Below are positions 61,590-64,000 of a stretch of 64,000 bases of DNA, piece by piece. The notes beneath the pieces were generated by a model, which did no database searches, had not been told where the DNA came from, and saw only the letters and a list, made by a program, of their open reading frames with translations. Origin of the DNA: Octopus sinensis. Taxonomy: Eukaryota. Both the position numbers and the translations under genes were made by a program. Location: contig NC_043000.1 of NCBI RefSeq assembly GCF_006345805.1, positions 18,476,001 to 18,540,000 of the forward strand. Reading direction: 5' to 3'. Numbering within the stretch: position 1 is the stretch's first letter; each line of letters opens with the position of its first letter.

Positions 61590-62880
61590 TGAGTGGGATT
61601 AACTCAGTGCACAGCCTTTCCTCACTTAAAAAAAATCTTTTTGCAGAGGTGTTGCACGATAACTACATTGGATTGATTAAAGTGATTACCTAATTCATGA
61701 TTGTTGATAGTGCTGTGAGTCTCAACTGAATGGCTGGCTGTAGCCTTAAAAAGCAAAAATCAATGATGTACCAAAACAGTATAAAAATAAATGGCAGTAA
61801 GGACTCTAGAACCACATCAGCTGAAAGAGTTTGGCCTGGCAGGGGTTCCAGAGCATCACAGTCTGAACCCGGCCGTCATCATGCTACTGTGATAGAACCA
61901 AAGAAAATGATGAATATTGGCTGTTGGAATGTATGGACGCTGCTTGACCACAAGTCCTCTGAATGTCCTGAAAGAAGGACTGCACTTGTTGCGAAGGAGC
62001 TTCAATGCTATGATCTTGACATCGTTGCTTTATCTGAGACGAGATTACCTGGAGATGGTCATCTTACAGAATCTTGTGGAAAATATACATTCTTTTGGAA
62101 AGGGAGAGATGAAGAGTTTAGAGGAGAAGCTGGAGTGGCATTTGCTGTTAAGACTTCTCTTGTGGACAAGTTGGAAGAATTCCCAATCAGAATTAATGAG
62201 CGTCTTATGTCCATGAGAATTCCTTTGGCTAAAGGAAATTATATGACCTTGGTGAGTATGTATGCTCCAACTATGTGCTATACTGATGACGAAAAACTTT
62301 CTTTCTACCATGCTTTGAAGAGCATTATAAGAAATATCCCTCGGGCAGACAAAGTCATCATACTGGGTGACTTTAATGCTAGAGTGGGTAGGGATTTTAA
62401 CACATGGACTGTAATTGGAAAGCATGGGGTGGGGAAGTGTAATAGTAATGGCATGCTTTTGCTGCTAGATGTGTGTGGAACTGCGTCTGTGTGTTACCAA
62501 TACCCTGTTTCAACAAAAGAATAAGTTTAAGACTACATGGATGCACCCTGCATCTAAAGAATGGCATATTCTGGATTACATCCTTGTTAGGGTGCGTGAC
62601 AGACAGGATGTGCAGTGTGTTCGTATTCTTCGTGGAGCTGAGTGTTGGACTGATCACCGCCTAGTACGTGCAAAAGTGAAATTAGTCACAAAGCATAAAA
62701 TCCGAGCTGCAGGGATGTCCCTGCCTAAAAGACTGAATGTTGATCGTCTTAGGTATAATAGTGTGGAGAGAACTTTACGAGAGGAAATGAATGCTGCAGA
62801 TATTGGGGAGGATTGGCTGACCCTTAAAAAGTCAGTTTATGATATAGGCAAGAAAGTTCTGGGATTGATACAAAGAAAAC
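61590..62880 (+). mobile_element. RTE/BovB-like LINE 5' portion: 5'UTR plus APE endonuclease with one frameshift, 3'-truncated
   Basis: ORFs 61730-62524 and 62469-62912: IGCWNV, IVALSETR, YAPT, ILGDFNARVG, LDYILV, TDHRLV. Confidence 0.92.
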
Positions 62881-63274
62881 ATACATACATACATACATAT
62901 ATATATGTATGAGTTAGAGGTTAAGAAACCGTCTAAGGGATATCAAATATCCAATATACTGCTGGATGTGTATCTAAGTATTTATAACCAAGTGCTTACT
63001 ATTGTATGGCAATATCACAATTGAGTATTAGGTATGGGTGGGGGTAAATTAGAAATTTACCCAGGAATTTATAATGCAAATAAGAAAATGGAGAGGGTAT
63101 ACAATTGACAAACATCAGCCAGTAAATATTCAATTATATCTATTTATTAAATGATTAATAAACATATGTGTGAGTGATACAAATTAATGAATGAAATAAA
63201 TCAATAACAGCATAAAGAGATACACACACGCACATGCACACACACACAAACACATATATATATAGAAACAAATG

Positions 63275-63316
63275 ATATGTATATATGTATCTATATCTAT
63301 ATCTATCTATCTATCA

Positions 63317-63388
<72 letters not shown>

Positions 63389-63392
63389 GTCA

Positions 63393-63437
<45 letters not shown>

Positions 63438-63473
63438 TCTACCTACCTACCTATCAGTCTGTCTGTCTGTCTA

Positions 63474-63569
<96 letters not shown>

Positions 63570-63570
63570 A
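63275..63570. repeat. Compound (TCTA)n/(TCTG)n/(TC)n/(TA)n microsatellite
   Basis: Direct reading; explains the SIYL/SVCL ORFs. Confidence 0.98.
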
Positions 63571-63589
63571 ATATATATTATTATATGTA

Positions 63590-64000
63590 GAAAAATACAA
63601 ACTGGGACAAGAACGTAAAACATTTAGAAGACGTTACAAAAAACACGGACGGGACATTCGAAGCCTTCAATCTTCAGTCAAGAACCGGATCATCCTAGCA
63701 ATTTCGGCTGATTAATCTTGAGATCGCTCCAATCCGGCCAGCCCCAAGGAAAAACTAAGCTACGAGCATTAGATTTCTTGGAAGAAGGATCGAATGCATA
63801 CGAAACAGGGACAGAAAAACGGACGATGCCACACGAATATAAATACAAAAAACAATAATGGTAAAAGCAGGACAAAAACAGCGGGTGTCTTACGACTAAT
63901 AAACAGTACAAGTTTAGCAGGTGTATTTGGAAAAAATGCCTTTATCGGCAGATGAAGACAACGATGTTCTCACGGCAGTGGTCGAAGGCCAAAAGGCTGA
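63590..64000. mobile_element. Unclassified interspersed repeat running off the window
   Basis: CpG-rich block starting abruptly after the microsatellite; no long ORF. Confidence 0.35.

Noticed and set aside
61590-61660. HDV-like ribozyme at the RTE 5' end
   Set aside because: Partial P1/P2-like pairings and a CCTCAC motif are present, but P3 and the J4/2 catalytic C could not be placed.
63272-63715. SIYL/SVCL low-complexity ORFs
   Set aside because: Microsatellite artefact.
63655-63760. Minus-strand CTGAAGA and GCCGAAA motifs
   Set aside because: Order and pairing do not give a hammerhead core (no stem II, GAAT instead of GAAA).

Overview
AT-rich, repeat-dense animal genomic DNA. The SINE, RTE-LINE and MITE families look like those of Octopus (inference from repeat content). 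Two intron-containing genes were assembled by hand on the minus strand. (1) EIF6 has 7 coding exons from ATG 22548 to a probable stop at 8152 and encodes 247 aa. (2) A FASTK-family mitochondrial RNA-binding gene with a C-terminal RAP domain, most like FASTKD3, has 6 coding exons from ATG 56031 to stop 30458 and encodes 645 aa. All exon phases join in frame with GT-AG borders. The remainder is largely transposable-element derived: about 20 RTE-LINE 3' ends carrying a variable minisatellite, three tRNA-like SINE families (called B, C and D here), CR1/L2 and RTE relics, a pogo transposon, mariner relics, piggyBac-type TTAA MITEs, Helitron/Helentron-like elements and several foldback elements. Almost all short ORFs in the supplied track are repeat artefacts. 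The best novelty candidate is a minimal type I hammerhead-ribozyme fold at 46229-46279 (minus strand, sense within a FASTKD intron) whose core has the reciprocal G3:C8 swap. Two inverted-repeat structures elsewhere contain hammerhead 3' halves, which suggests Penelope-like elements. Exon coordinates were counted to the base; most repeat boundaries are approximate (about +/-10 nt). No database searches or folding programs were run.
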